From Candidatus Baldrarchaeum yapensis (GTDB lineage Archaea; Asgardarchaeota; Baldrarchaeia; Baldrarchaeales; Baldrarchaeaceae), in assembly GCA_016840465.1 (NCBI GenBank), contig JAEOSH010000018.1, positions 1 through 31,500 of the forward strand: a stretch of DNA of 31,500 nt, in the 5' to 3' direction. The stretch's first letter is position 1; each line of letters opens with the position of its first letter. The notes under the pieces were generated by a model. That model was not told the DNA's origin. It saw nothing but the letters and a program-made list of their open reading frames with translations, and did no database searches. Below, one piece after another: positions 1-9,429 of this stretch. Made by a program: the position numbers and the translations under genes.

Positions 1-1
1 G

Positions 2-277
2 ACCCTGGAGAGAAATGCCCTTCTGCTCGCCAGGCCGAGGAGGGCGTCACGCCGGGGGAGGCGGTGGGGGTGGGGCGCGAGGTACGAGAGGGTCTTCGAG
101 GCACTCAGGCACATCTACCGGCACAGGGGCGAAGGAGAGCGCTTCTGCTCGAGGCTAAAGGCGAGGCTCAGGAGCTCGCTGAGGTACGTGCTCGTTGAGA
201 GCGCGGACGCCTTCGTGAAGTGGTTATCACTCGCGATGAATATAGAGCGGATCGCAATCGGGAAGACGGGCGCGTGA
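2..277 (+). CDS. 3' end of an unidentified Arg-rich protein truncated by the window edge (possibly transposase-like)
   Basis: Open frame from the edge, absent from the ORF track, ending in TGA at 275-277: ...ARYERVFEALRHIYRHRGEGERFCSRLKARLRSSLRYVLVESADAFVKWLSLAMNIERIAIGKTGA*. GC-rich region unlike the rest of the window. Confidence 0.4.
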   Translation, partial: TLERNALLLARPRRASRRGRRWGWGARYERVFEALRHIYRHRGEGERFCSRLKARLRSSLRYVLVESADAFVKWLSLAMNIERIAIGKTGA

Positions 278-481
278 CTCGGAATCCGATGAGGGCAGAG
301 GGGCAGAGACGGCCGGCGACGCGCGTACCAGCGATCGACGTCCCCGGGCCGATGTCTAGCCGTGAGTGTTTATGTTGAATTTATTTATGAAACAGCCTCG
401 GTCAGTTGAGAAAAATTTATCTACTTTGCGTTTTGATTAGCAACTCGCAGATGACCACAAAAAAAAATACGGAGGTAGAGT

Positions 482-661
482 ATGAGTTCGGAGTACAAGC
501 CACCGGTTTGTAGTTCCTGTGGAAGGCCTATCCTCGTTGATGAGGCATGCGTGAAATTCCCATGCCCTAACTGTGGACAGATAATACTATGGCGTTGTGA
601 GAAGTGTAAAAAGTTGACTCGCCCATACAAATGTCCCAATTGCGATTTTATCGGACCATGA
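482..661 (+). CDS. Small zinc-ribbon protein (archaeal Zn-ribbon RNA-binding/HVO_2753-like, COG2888 type), 59 aa
   Basis: Not in the ORF track. ATG at 482: MSSEYKPPVCSSCGRPILVDEACVKFPCPNCGQIILWRCEKCKKLTRPYKCPNCDFIGP*. Four CxxC knuckles; directly upstream of aEF-1beta, the usual archaeal arrangement. Confidence 0.85.
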   Translation: MSSEYKPPVCSSCGRPILVDEACVKFPCPNCGQIILWRCEKCKKLTRPYKCPNCDFIGP

Positions 662-662
662 G

Positions 663-938
663 GTGGTAATAGTGGGGAAAGTTATTGCAATAGTTAAGAT
701 ATTTCCCGAGAGTACTGATGTCGATTTAAATGTCATGCTTGAGAGTATAAAGAAGGAGATAGGCGGTGATGCAACGATTAGCGATACTAGGATCGAAGAT
801 ATAGCATTTGGGCTCAAGGTTCTGAAACTCGCATTAATAGTACCGGAGGTCGAAGGAGCACTAGAGGGAGTCGAAGAGAAGATTAGAAATGTAAAGGGAG
901 TCAGTGAGGTCGAAATAGAGGGAGTGACAAGACTATAG
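663..938 (+). CDS. ef1b: Translation elongation factor 1-beta (aEF-1beta)
   Basis: 91 aa, GTG start, typical aEF-1beta sequence (VIAIVKIFPESTDVDLNVMLESIKK...DIAFGLKVLKLALIVPE). Confidence 0.9.
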   Translation: MVIVGKVIAIVKIFPESTDVDLNVMLESIKKEIGGDATISDTRIEDIAFGLKVLKLALIVPEVEGALEGVEEKIRNVKGVSEVEIEGVTRL

Positions 939-1039
939 AGCGGTACTGTATTTCTTGTTTTGCATTTTCTTCTTTGTCAGATGATACTTAAATTCAGTTA
1001 ATGGTTACGATATAATAGTCTGCCTTGCCAAATGATACT

Positions 1040-3250
1040 ATGAGTTTTAGGGAAAACATCTGGAGGACGGCCTATTTGCAAGAGTGCAAGTTGAGAGTGG
1101 CAGAGGCAAAGCAAGAGGATGTAAACAGGTTCGTTGTTAGAATAGACCCTGAAGTCATGGACATGCTCGGAATAAAAACAGGAGACATAGTTGAAATCGT
1201 AGGAAGCCGATCCACGGCTGCGATTGTATGGCCAGCGTATCCGGAGGACTGCGGACTGAGAATTGTACGTATGGATGGTACTATTCGTAAGAATGCAGGT
1301 GTGACGCTCGGAGGAACAGTTACCATAAGGAAAGCGGAAGAAAAGGAGGCTTCAATAGTAGTTTTAGCGTTAATTTCACCTCAAATTCACGGTATTGACA
1401 AGGATCTGGTTACATATGTTAAGAGAAGATTGTTAAATTGTCCATTGACGAGGGGAGATCACATAGTGATACCGTTGCTGAAGCGATCACTAAACCTGAT
1501 GGTAGTTAGCGTAAGACCGGAAGGAATAGTTGTGGTTACCGATAGTACCGAGATTAAGATAAAGGAGAGGCCAGAGGAGGCGGGTGAGATACCATACGTT
1601 ACATATGAGGATATCGGAGGCCTCTCTGACGTCATTCAAAAGATACGAGAAATGGTTGAACTCCCCCTCAAACACCCGGAGTTATTCAAGAAGTTAGGAA
1701 TAGATCCCCCTAAGGGAATCCTTTTGTACGGCCCTCCCGGTTGCGGGAAAACTCTGATAGCGAGAGCCGTTGCGAATGAGGCTGATGCCTATTTTATAGC
1801 AATAAATGGTCCTGAGATTATGGGAAAGTTCTATGGGGAGTCTGAGCAAAAACTTCGCCAAGTGTTTGAAGAGGCTCAAAGAAACGCGCCTTCCATAATA
1901 TTCATCGACGAAATTGACGCAATAGCCCCCAAGAGGGAAGAAGTTACGGGTGAAGTTGAGAGGCGTGTTGTTGCACAATTACTGGCGCTGATGGACGGGC
2001 TTAAGACAAGAGGACATGTGATAGTGATAGGTGCAACCAACAGACCTAATGCGCTGGATCCGGCACTTAGAAGACCTGGTAGATTTGACAGGGAAATAGA
2101 GATAGGAGTTCCAGATAAGGACGGGCGTTATGAGATTCTAAAGATACATACACGTGGTATGCCCCTTGCGGAAGACGTGGATCTGAGAAAAATAGCGGAG
2201 TTGACAAACGGGTTTGTGGGTGCCGATCTGGCAGCACTTTGCAGAGAGGCTGCGATGCGTGCTCTTAGAAGGTACCTTCCCATGATAAACATGGACGATG
2301 AAATAATACCGCCCCATGTGCTCGAAAACATAAAGGTGACGATGAAGGACTTCTTAGATGCTCTTAAGGAAGTCCAACCTTCTGCAATTCGGGAAATCGC
2401 CGTTGAGGTCCCGGCGGTCAAATGGTCTGATATAGGAGGACTGGAGGACATTAAACAAGAGTTGAGGGAAACTGTAGAGTGGGCACTTAAACATCCCGAG
2501 CGCTTTAAGCGAATGGGCATAGAGCCTCCCAAAGGAATTTTGCTATATGGACCTCCAGGGACGGGTAAAACCCTACTTGTTAAAGCGCTTGCCAACGAGG
2601 CAGGCGCGAACTTCATTTATGTAAAAGGGCCCGAGATTCTATCGAAATGGGTGGGGGAGTCAGAGAAAGCAATAAGGGAGATTTTCAGAAAAGCACGTAT
2701 GATCGCGCCCACGATAATTTTCTTTGACGAAATAGATGCAATCGCTAGAAGACGTGATACAATGGCATTTGAAAGTCCTGCCATTGAAAGGATAGTTTGT
2801 CAACTTCTTACCGAAATGGACGGGTTACAACCGTTAAAGGAAGTTATTGTTGTCGCCGCAACCAGCAGACCTGATCTTTTGGATCCAGCCCTTCTCAGGC
2901 CGGGAAGATTCGATAGGTTGATTTATGTCCCGCCACCTGATAGGTCTGCCAGATACGAAATCCTAAAGGTACTCACGCGTAATATGCCCCTTGCAGAAGA
3001 TGTTGACCTCATGAAACTTGCTGAGATTACCGAGGGATATGTTGGCGCCGATCTGGCGGCGTTATGCAGAGAAGCAGCCATATTGGCACTTAGGGAGAAT
3101 GAAAACATCGAAAAAATCGAATGGAGACACTTCATGGAAGCGTTAAAGAAAGTTCGCCCGACAGTTAATGAGGAAGTCGTCCGTTGGTATAGAAAGTTTT
3201 CTGAACAGTTTAAGTATTCACATCAGTTCCAGTACACTCCCACAATATAG
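1040..3250 (+). CDS. cdc48: CDC48/VCP-family AAA+ ATPase with two AAA domains
   Basis: Two Walker A motifs ([16 protein letters not shown]), two Walker B motifs ([24 protein letters not shown]) and an N-terminal VAT/CDC48 N-domain. The track starts at a TTG at 1025; ATG 1040 ([15 protein letters not shown]) is more likely. Confidence 0.96.
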   Translation: MSFRENIWRTAYLQECKLRVAEAKQEDVNRFVVRIDPEVMDMLGIKTGDIVEIVGSRSTAAIVWPAYPEDCGLRIVRMDGTIRKNAGVTLGGTVTIRKAEEKEASIVVLALISPQIHGIDKDLVTYVKRRLLNCPLTRGDHIVIPLLKRSLNLMVVSVRPEGIVVVTDSTEIKIKERPEEAGEIPYVTYEDIGGLSDVIQKIREMVELPLKHPELFKKLGIDPPKGILLYGPPGCGKTLIARAVANEADAYFIAINGPEIMGKFYGESEQKLRQVFEEAQRNAPSIIFIDEIDAIAPKREEVTGEVERRVVAQLLALMDGLKTRGHVIVIGATNRPNALDPALRRPGRFDREIEIGVPDKDGRYEILKIHTRGMPLAEDVDLRKIAELTNGFVGADLAALCREAAMRALRRYLPMINMDDEIIPPHVLENIKVTMKDFLDALKEVQPSAIREIAVEVPAVKWSDIGGLEDIKQELRETVEWALKHPERFKRMGIEPPKGILLYGPPGTGKTLLVKALANEAGANFIYVKGPEILSKWVGESEKAIREIFRKARMIAPTIIFFDEIDAIARRRDTMAFESPAIERIVCQLLTEMDGLQPLKEVIVVAATSRPDLLDPALLRPGRFDRLIYVPPPDRSARYEILKVLTRNMPLAEDVDLMKLAEITEGYVGADLAALCREAAILALRENENIEKIEWRHFMEALKKVRPTVNEEVVRWYRKFSEQFKYSHQFQYTPTI

Positions 3251-3265
3251 TAGCGGGGTGGTTTT

Positions 3266-3520
3266 ATGAGTACAGGAAGAATTCTTCCACTAAAGATGCT
3301 AATACTTCAAATACTGAAACGACAGCAAATTTTGCGTGACGACGAATTATTAGAATACCTAAACAAGTACATGGGTGAGGTCTCCGCATCTGAGTTCAAT
3401 AGAGCGCTCATGCAACTCGAAATTCAGGGATTGATTCACGTGAGTCCTCTGAAGAAGAACATCAGGAAGATCGAACTTCTGGGACCGGGTAAGGAGTTCA
3501 TGGGCGCAGAAGAAGATTGA
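3266..3520 (+). CDS. Small winged-helix domain protein, function unknown
   Basis: 84 aa, co-directional between cdc48 and the proteasome cluster; wHTH-like pattern LILQILKRQQILRDDELLEYLNKYMG...FNRALMQLEIQGLIHVSP. Confidence 0.6.
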   Translation: MSTGRILPLKMLILQILKRQQILRDDELLEYLNKYMGEVSASEFNRALMQLEIQGLIHVSPLKKNIRKIELLGPGKEFMGAEED

Positions 3521-3537
3521 CACGCACAGAAGCAGAG

Positions 3538-3607
3538 GCGGATCAATGCTCGTCGCGAGGTCTTCATCGCCTCCGTGCTCAGTCTGGGACGGCCACATCA
3601 TCTCCGC
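3538..3607 (-). ncRNA. Candidate C/D-box sRNA
   Basis: Minus-strand GCGGA-GATGATG-...-CTGA(D')-8 nt-GCGATGA(C')-...-TTGA(D)-TCCGC. 5-bp terminal stem GCGGA/TCCGC, 12-nt C-to-D' spacer, TATA-like AAATTTAT on the minus strand about 25 nt upstream (plus-strand ~3633-3640). Confidence 0.45.
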
Positions 3608-3726
3608 ATTTTCCCTTAGAGATTCAGAGAAGATAAATTTTACTATTTGAGTGGCGCACATCACGTCTTGTGATGCCTGCTGGAGGTCTTCCATTCTTCC
3701 ATACTACACCTTTAAACAGTATTCGT

Positions 3727-3740
3727 TTAATATTTAAAGT
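3727..3740 (+). promoter_or_regulatory. TATA-like element upstream of psmA
   Basis: TTTAATATTTAAA in AT-rich DNA upstream of the first gene of the proteasome/exosome cluster. Confidence 0.35.
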
Positions 3741-3826
3741 CTTGAGTACACGTATCTTTGCGGTGTTCCAAAAATATCAAAATCATGAAAACCGACGAGG
3801 TACCCATGGTGTAGGGAGGCATCAAA

Positions 3827-4552
3827 ATGATACCGCCTGCTTTTGGTTATGACAGGGCGATTACCATATTCAGCCCCGACGGCCGCCTGTTCCAAGTAGA
3901 GTACGCAATGGAAGCAGTAAAGAAGGGGGCGACGGCCGTCGGAGTCAAGTGTAAGGATGGCGTTGTACTATCCGTGGAAAAGAAACTCCTACCCCTACAA
4001 GAACCGATGAATGTAACAAAGGTGTTCCAGATAGATGAACATGTGGGAGTTGCAATCGCCGGCTTGACCGCTGACGCCAGAATTCTCATACACTACGCAC
4101 GTTTAGAAGCCCAATTAAATAGGCTTAATTATGATGAGCCCATCTCGGTGGAATTGTTGGCAAAAAGAATTGGAGATATAAAGCAGCTTTATACGCAACA
4201 TGCGGGGGTTAGGCCGTTCGGGGTCTCATTACTAATAGCTGGGGTTGATGATAAGGGTCCCCGCCTTTTCATGACGGATCCAAGTGGTACATTCTGGGAA
4301 TTCAAGGCAGTTGCAATGGGGGCGGGGGCACAGGCTGCGATGGAGTTACTTGAAAAAGAATATAGGGACGATTTAAGTTTAGATGATGCCGTTATGCTCG
4401 CGCTTAAAGCTTTACGTAAGGCGATGAATGGCGAAATAGATTCAAAAAAGGTAGAAATGGCAATCGCGTATCGTGAAACCCGGAAGTTTAGGCTTTTATC
4501 ACCCGAAGAGGTTAATCATTACGTTGAAAAATTAAAGGATAGCAAAGGTTGA
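3827..4552 (+). CDS. psmA: 20S proteasome subunit alpha
   Basis: 241 aa; [34 protein letters not shown] is the canonical alpha-subunit N-terminus. Confidence 0.97.
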   Translation: MIPPAFGYDRAITIFSPDGRLFQVEYAMEAVKKGATAVGVKCKDGVVLSVEKKLLPLQEPMNVTKVFQIDEHVGVAIAGLTADARILIHYARLEAQLNRLNYDEPISVELLAKRIGDIKQLYTQHAGVRPFGVSLLIAGVDDKGPRLFMTDPSGTFWEFKAVAMGAGAQAAMELLEKEYRDDLSLDDAVMLALKALRKAMNGEIDSKKVEMAIAYRETRKFRLLSPEEVNHYVEKLKDSKG

Positions 4553-5289
4553 TGGTTATGAGCGCGATTAGAGGAGAAAAATGGGTAATATTAGAAGGGG
4601 CTGCAATTGCTCGTCTTGAGACCAGAGGTATGAGGTTTGAGGTCATAGTAGATCCCGAAAAGGCATGGGATTTAAAAAGAGGAAAAGATATTGATATAAG
4701 GGACGTACTTAAGGGTTACATAATCTTTGAAGATGTGAGGCATGGCAAGAAGGCGCCTGAGAGCAAATTGAAGGAGATATTTGGAACCACAGATCCGTTC
4801 GAGATTTCAAAAATAATAATAACGAAGGGAAGATTACAACTGACGACAGAGCAGAGAAGGCGGATGATAGAAGAAAAGAAGAAGGCTATCATATCGCTAA
4901 TATCAAAGTATTGCATAAATCCCCAAACGGGACTTCCCCACCCTCCGCAAAGGATAGAAAAAGCGCTTGAAGAGGCCAAGGTTGCGATAGACCCATTTAA
5001 GTCTCCAGAGGAGCAGCTAAAGGACATTATAAAGGCGCTAGAACCAATTATTCCGATAAGAATGGAAATAACCACGTTGAAGATTCACGTTCCTGCAATT
5101 TATACCGGAAAAGTGTATAATTTCGTCAGAGCATCAGGTACCATTACGTCTGAGAAGTGGAATCCTGATGGTTCCTGGGAGGCTGTTGTTGAGATACCCG
5201 CTGGCATAAGAACGTCCTTTATTGAAAAACTCAATAATATGACCAAGGGTCAAGCAAGGGCAGAGATCGTAGGGAAGAAGAAAAAGTAG
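4549..5289 (+). CDS. sdo1: SBDS/SDO1 ribosome maturation protein
   Basis: 246 aa; [25 protein letters not shown] and [44 protein letters not shown] are SBDS hallmarks. Overlaps the psmA end. Confidence 0.95.
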   Translation: MMVMSAIRGEKWVILEGAAIARLETRGMRFEVIVDPEKAWDLKRGKDIDIRDVLKGYIIFEDVRHGKKAPESKLKEIFGTTDPFEISKIIITKGRLQLTTEQRRRMIEEKKKAIISLISKYCINPQTGLPHPPQRIEKALEEAKVAIDPFKSPEEQLKDIIKALEPIIPIRMEITTLKIHVPAIYTGKVYNFVRASGTITSEKWNPDGSWEAVVEIPAGIRTSFIEKLNNMTKGQARAEIVGKKKK

Positions 5290-5298
5290 GTGATATAA

Positions 5299-6006
5299 AT
5301 GCCGATATTTTTCCAGAATAAGGATATTGTTGTCCCCGGGGATTGTATTGCGACAGGCCCAAATTATAAACCCGGGGTTGGAACGTTCAGAGAGGGAGAT
5401 TCCATTTTCGCGGCTGTTATCGGATTGCTCGAGATAAAAAATGATGTTATTAATGTAATTCCGTTAGAGGGGACTTACATACCGCGTCCCAATGATATTG
5501 TTATAGGGAAGGTGATAGACGTAGCGATAGCCAGCTGGAAAGTTGATATCAGAGCGCCGTATGTTGCAACTCTTCCGGCATCTAATGTATTCGATAGACC
5601 AATAGATCCGGTAAGAGAAGATCCACGGAAGTATCTCGATGTGGGAGACACCATACTTGCGAAGATAGTATCCTTCGATAGAACACATGATCCCATCCTG
5701 ACAATAAAGGAGAAGGGACTTGGGAAACTCAAGGGAGGAAGATTGATAATCATGGAGCCTACTAAAGTTCCAAGATTGATAGGGAGAAAAGGATCGATGA
5801 TAAATATGGTAAAAGGAGAGACAAAATGCAAGATCGTGATAGGACAGAACGGTAGGATCTGGATTTCATGTGAGAGGCCGGAGATCGAGGATATTATTGA
5901 GATGATCGTTCGCAGAATAGAGAGGGAAGCTCACACGACGGGACTCACTGACAGAATCCGCGAGTTTATAAAGCAGGAGATGGGAAAAATTCGAAGAGGG
6001 GAGTGA
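5299..6006 (+). CDS. rrp4: Exosome complex RNA-binding protein Rrp4 (S1/KH)
   Basis: 235 aa with S1 and KH domains ([31 protein letters not shown]), upstream of rrp41/rrp42. Confidence 0.95.
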   Translation: MPIFFQNKDIVVPGDCIATGPNYKPGVGTFREGDSIFAAVIGLLEIKNDVINVIPLEGTYIPRPNDIVIGKVIDVAIASWKVDIRAPYVATLPASNVFDRPIDPVREDPRKYLDVGDTILAKIVSFDRTHDPILTIKEKGLGKLKGGRLIIMEPTKVPRLIGRKGSMINMVKGETKCKIVIGQNGRIWISCERPEIEDIIEMIVRRIEREAHTTGLTDRIREFIKQEMGKIRRGE

Positions 6007-6776
6007 TGCGAATGAAAATAGTTCCTAGGATCAAACAGCAACCAGAGAGGTTGATTGATGAGAACGGTCTTCGCGTCGATGGTAGAAGAGTTGACGAATT
6101 AAGGAAGATGAAAATGGAAGTGGGCGTGCTGAAACAGGCAGACGGATCTGCATATCTAGAACAAGGGAAAACAAAGGTCTTTGTCGCAGTATACGGTCCT
6201 CGAGAACTTCACCCACGGCACCTAGCGTTACCTGATAGAGCACTATTAAGGTGCACATACCGTATGGCATCGTTCTCTGTTGAGGAGAGAAAGAGCCCAG
6301 CACCCTCGAGAAGAGAAATTGAGCTGTCAAAGGTAATAAGGCAGGCGCTGGAGCCGGCAGTATTTCTTGAAAGATTTCCAAAAACAGCAATAGACGTGTT
6401 TATAGAAATAATACAGGCAGATGGGGGAACACGATGTGCTAGTATCACTGCAGCATCATTAGCATTAGCAGATGCAGGAATCCCAATGTCAGATTTAGTT
6501 GCGGCGGTCGCTGTTGGGAAGGTAGACGGACATATAGTTCTCGACATAAATGATATTGAAGATAAGTACGGGCAGGGAGATATGCCCGTTGCACTGATGC
6601 CGCGGAAGAAGCAGATAACATTGTTGCAATTAGACGGAAAATGGACTCCGGAGGAGTTCAGGCAGGGACTCGAGTTAGCGATTAGGGGATGTGAGCAGAT
6701 ATATGCCATGCAGAAGACCGCTCTTAGAAAGAGGTATTTAGAGGTTAGAGAAGAGGTGCTGAGGGAAGGAGAATGA
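6003..6776 (+). CDS. rrp41: Exosome complex exonuclease Rrp41 (RNase PH family)
   Basis: 257 aa; [38 protein letters not shown]...[26 protein letters not shown]. Confidence 0.97.
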   Translation: MMRMKIVPRIKQQPERLIDENGLRVDGRRVDELRKMKMEVGVLKQADGSAYLEQGKTKVFVAVYGPRELHPRHLALPDRALLRCTYRMASFSVEERKSPAPSRREIELSKVIRQALEPAVFLERFPKTAIDVFIEIIQADGGTRCASITAASLALADAGIPMSDLVAAVAVGKVDGHIVLDINDIEDKYGQGDMPVALMPRKKQITLLQLDGKWTPEEFRQGLELAIRGCEQIYAMQKTALRKRYLEVREEVLREGE

Positions 6777-7591
6777 TGCATAAGATGTATAAAATAGTTT
6801 CCGACATCGAAAGGGAGAGCATGAGAACATTGTTAAGCAAAAGACGAAGAATAGACGGAAGAGGGCTCGAAGACTTTAGAAAGATCGAGATAGAGACGGG
6901 AGTTGTTGAAAAGGCGGAAGGTTCAGCAATGGTGAAGCTGGGAGATACGAAGGTTGTTGTTGGTGTGAAGGCAGAGATAGGCGCACCTTTCCCAGATACT
7001 CCAAATAAGGGAGTGCTGACAGTTAATGCCGAGTTTGTTCCAACGGCTTCTCCATTCTTTGAGCCGGGACCTCCTGATGAGGATGCAATAGAGCTTGCAC
7101 GTGTGGTTGATAGAGGATTGAGGGAAAGCGAGGCAATAGATTTAGAGAAGTTGTGTTTAGTTGAGGGAGAGAAGGTCTGGATATTATTTGTGGATCTTTA
7201 CATATTAGATCACTCAGGAAACCTCTTTGATGCGTCAGCGCTTGGGGCAATTGCCGCCCTTCTAACGACAAAAATACCTAAAGTTGAAGTTCAAGAAGAT
7301 GAAATAAAAGTACTAGATGAAGAAGTGCCACTTCCGATGCGTCATATTCCGGTGTCTGTAACCTTTGCAAAGATAGGAGATAGCATAATCGTGGATCCCT
7401 GCATAGAGGAGGAACAAGTAATGGACGCCTGCTTAACAATAACCGTCGATGAGGAGGGGCACTTGGTGTCGATGCAGAAGGGGGGCTCGGGGACCTTTGA
7501 CGTAAACGATATAAATTACATGCTGGAGACGGCATTGAGGAAGGCAAAGGACCTGAGAGAGAAACTTCCTAAAGTGTCATTAGGTGACTAA
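6773..7591 (+). CDS. rrp42: Exosome complex component Rrp42 (RNase PH family)
   Basis: 272 aa; follows rrp41; [43 protein letters not shown]. Confidence 0.96.
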   Translation: MMHKMYKIVSDIERESMRTLLSKRRRIDGRGLEDFRKIEIETGVVEKAEGSAMVKLGDTKVVVGVKAEIGAPFPDTPNKGVLTVNAEFVPTASPFFEPGPPDEDAIELARVVDRGLRESEAIDLEKLCLVEGEKVWILFVDLYILDHSGNLFDASALGAIAALLTTKIPKVEVQEDEIKVLDEEVPLPMRHIPVSVTFAKIGDSIIVDPCIEEEQVMDACLTITVDEEGHLVSMQKGGSGTFDVNDINYMLETALRKAKDLREKLPKVSLGD

Positions 7592-7593
7592 AA

Positions 7594-7872
7594 ATGGGAA
7601 GAACGAAGAAAGTTGGGCCTGCTGGTAGGTTTGGAGCAAGATATGGGGTCAGAATCAGGAAGAGAGTTGCAGAAATAGAAATGGTGATGCGGCAGTGGCA
7701 TAAGTGTCCCAGATGCGGTATACGCAGAGTTAAGAGAATAGGAACGGCACTGTGGCGCTGCCGGAAGTGCGGATACACGTTTACAGGAGGAGCATACTTC
7801 CCAATGACCGCGGTTGGGAAGACCGTACGTCAGACTATTGCGACCATACAGCGGAAGGAACAGGAGAGATGA
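7594..7872 (+). CDS. rpl37ae: 50S ribosomal protein L37Ae
   Basis: 92 aa; MGRTKKVGPAGRFGARYGVRIRKRV...CPRCG...WRCRKCGYTFTGGAYFP. Confidence 0.96.
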   Translation: MGRTKKVGPAGRFGARYGVRIRKRVAEIEMVMRQWHKCPRCGIRRVKRIGTALWRCRKCGYTFTGGAYFPMTAVGKTVRQTIATIQRKEQER

Positions 7873-8468
7873 GCATTCTTATAACTACATCACGACGGCC
7901 AACTCGTAGAACGAGATCTCTTTGTAATGACCTTGCCAGGGTCATTCCTGGTGCGGTAAGGATCAATAGGGGGAAATTGAGCCTAGAGGGCGTTGCCCTG
8001 AGAGCTATAGAGTTAGGTGCCGACAGGATAATCTTGGTGAGCGTTTACAAAGGAAACCCGGGTAAAATGCACTTCTTTGAGGTCAGCTCAGAAACCTTCA
8101 AAAGGTTGGGGCCCGACATGTTGTTGGCTGGAGTCAAATTACAGAGAGATCTCGGTATTAGATCTCTTCGAAGGCACAATTCTCTCGGCGTGGTTACAAC
8201 AGGATCGGCAAACAATGAAATAAGAAAACTTGCAGACGCTCTAGGGTATATTTTGAAGTCAGAGGTATATGTTTTAGACTCCATGGAAAGGGCTGCGGAC
8301 TTGAGGGAAGAAAAAGGGTTAGAACTGATTTTAAAGGTGGAGGAGGATAGAAGGTCTCTTGCTGCATTATCCTTCTACTCACTTCTTAATGAAAAGATTG
8401 TGGGCCCGATAATAAGGGTGAAGAAACTGTTCTGGGAGCCAAAGGTGCTTTTAATTGGAGAGACGTGA
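7869..8468 (+). CDS. Brix domain-containing probable ribosome biogenesis protein
   Basis: MSILITTSRRPTRRTRSLCNDLARVIPGAVRINRGKLSLEGVALRAIELGADRIILVSVYKGNPGKM. ATG at 7869 overlaps the L37Ae stop; the upstream extension in the track is out-of-frame L37Ae DNA. Confidence 0.9.
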   Translation: MSILITTSRRPTRRTRSLCNDLARVIPGAVRINRGKLSLEGVALRAIELGADRIILVSVYKGNPGKMHFFEVSSETFKRLGPDMLLAGVKLQRDLGIRSLRRHNSLGVVTTGSANNEIRKLADALGYILKSEVYVLDSMERAADLREEKGLELILKVEEDRRSLAALSFYSLLNEKIVGPIIRVKKLFWEPKVLLIGET

Positions 8469-8730
8469 GGCGGAAGTCGAGATAGTGGTTGAATACGATA
8501 ATGATGACGATGCGAAGATGCTATATTCGGCGCTTTTGCCTGAGACTATGAGTTTACCTACGGAAAGAGAGAGAACCTTCATAACACGCAAGGGGAATAT
8601 TGTGGAGATACGGATAATTGCAATGGATATAACAGCGCTGAGAGCCGCCGTGAACGCATGCTTGAGGTGGGTAAAAATAGCAGAAGATATTAAATTGCTA
8701 TTAGTTAAGAAGGATAGTAGGAGGGATTGA
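8455..8730 (+). CDS. pcc1: KEOPS complex subunit Pcc1
   Basis: 91 aa of Pcc1 size and syntenic position (after Brix, before prefoldin beta); VEYDNDDDAKMLYSALLPE...ALRAAVNACLRWVKIAED. Confidence 0.85.
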   Translation: MERREAEVEIVVEYDNDDDAKMLYSALLPETMSLPTERERTFITRKGNIVEIRIIAMDITALRAAVNACLRWVKIAEDIKLLLVKKDSRRD

Positions 8731-8731
8731 T

Positions 8732-9094
8732 GTGGCCGAGAGGCTGCCTCCACAAATTCAAAACCAGTTGGCACTCCTGCAACAAGCACAGCAGAGGCTC
8801 GATATGCTGACGGCTCGTAAGCTTGAATTAGAGAGGGAATTGAGAGAAACAGAGTTTGCAATTTCCGAGTTAGAGAAAGTAAATGAGGATGCAGTAGTGT
8901 ACAAAATTGTCGGGGGCTTGCTTGTACAGACGGACAGAAATAAACTGCTGGAGGAATTAAAGGAGAGAAAGGACAGTCTCGAAACGCGGCTCAAGCTTCT
9001 CCAACGCCAAGAGGAAAGGGCCCGACAGCAGGTAAACGAATTGAGGGAGAAGTTAAAGCAGTCATTAAGTGAGAGAGGATATCAAGTATCATGA
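8732..9094 (+). CDS. pfdB: Prefoldin subunit beta
   Basis: 120 aa, GTG start; coiled-coil/beta-hairpin pattern PPQIQNQLALLQQAQQRLDML...EDAVVYKIVGGLLVQTDRNKLLEELKERKDSLE. Confidence 0.95.
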   Translation: MAERLPPQIQNQLALLQQAQQRLDMLTARKLELERELRETEFAISELEKVNEDAVVYKIVGGLLVQTDRNKLLEELKERKDSLETRLKLLQRQEERARQQVNELREKLKQSLSERGYQVS

Positions 9095-9429
9095 GAGAGG
9101 AGGAAAAATTTCCAAGGAAAATAAGTCCTGAGGATATAGAGAGAATATGCACATCTGTCGAGAATGCGATTAGAAGGTTCATACTATCGAAGATTCCAGT
9201 GAATTCGATAATAGACTATGATGTCGTTGTCAATATCACCACGGACAATGGCCTCGACGTTGATATAAAGGTGGACGTTGTAACTTCGCCTTTCATCAAG
9301 TGTGATTTAGATGCGGTCATAAGAAAGGCCGTTGAGGTGGGCAGGGAAAAGTTGGAGAAAATGCTGAGGGAGTTAAAGAGTGAGGCCGAAAGTCCTGATA
9401 GATCTTCTGAGAAGGAACGTCAAGGATAA
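9091..9429 (+). CDS. DUF3194-family protein
   Basis: 112 aa; syntenic position after prefoldin beta; ISPEDIERICTSVENAIRRFILSKIPVNSIIDYDVVVNI. Confidence 0.65.
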   Translation: MREEEKFPRKISPEDIERICTSVENAIRRFILSKIPVNSIIDYDVVVNITTDNGLDVDIKVDVVTSPFIKCDLDAVIRKAVEVGREKLEKMLRELKSEAESPDRSSEKERQG

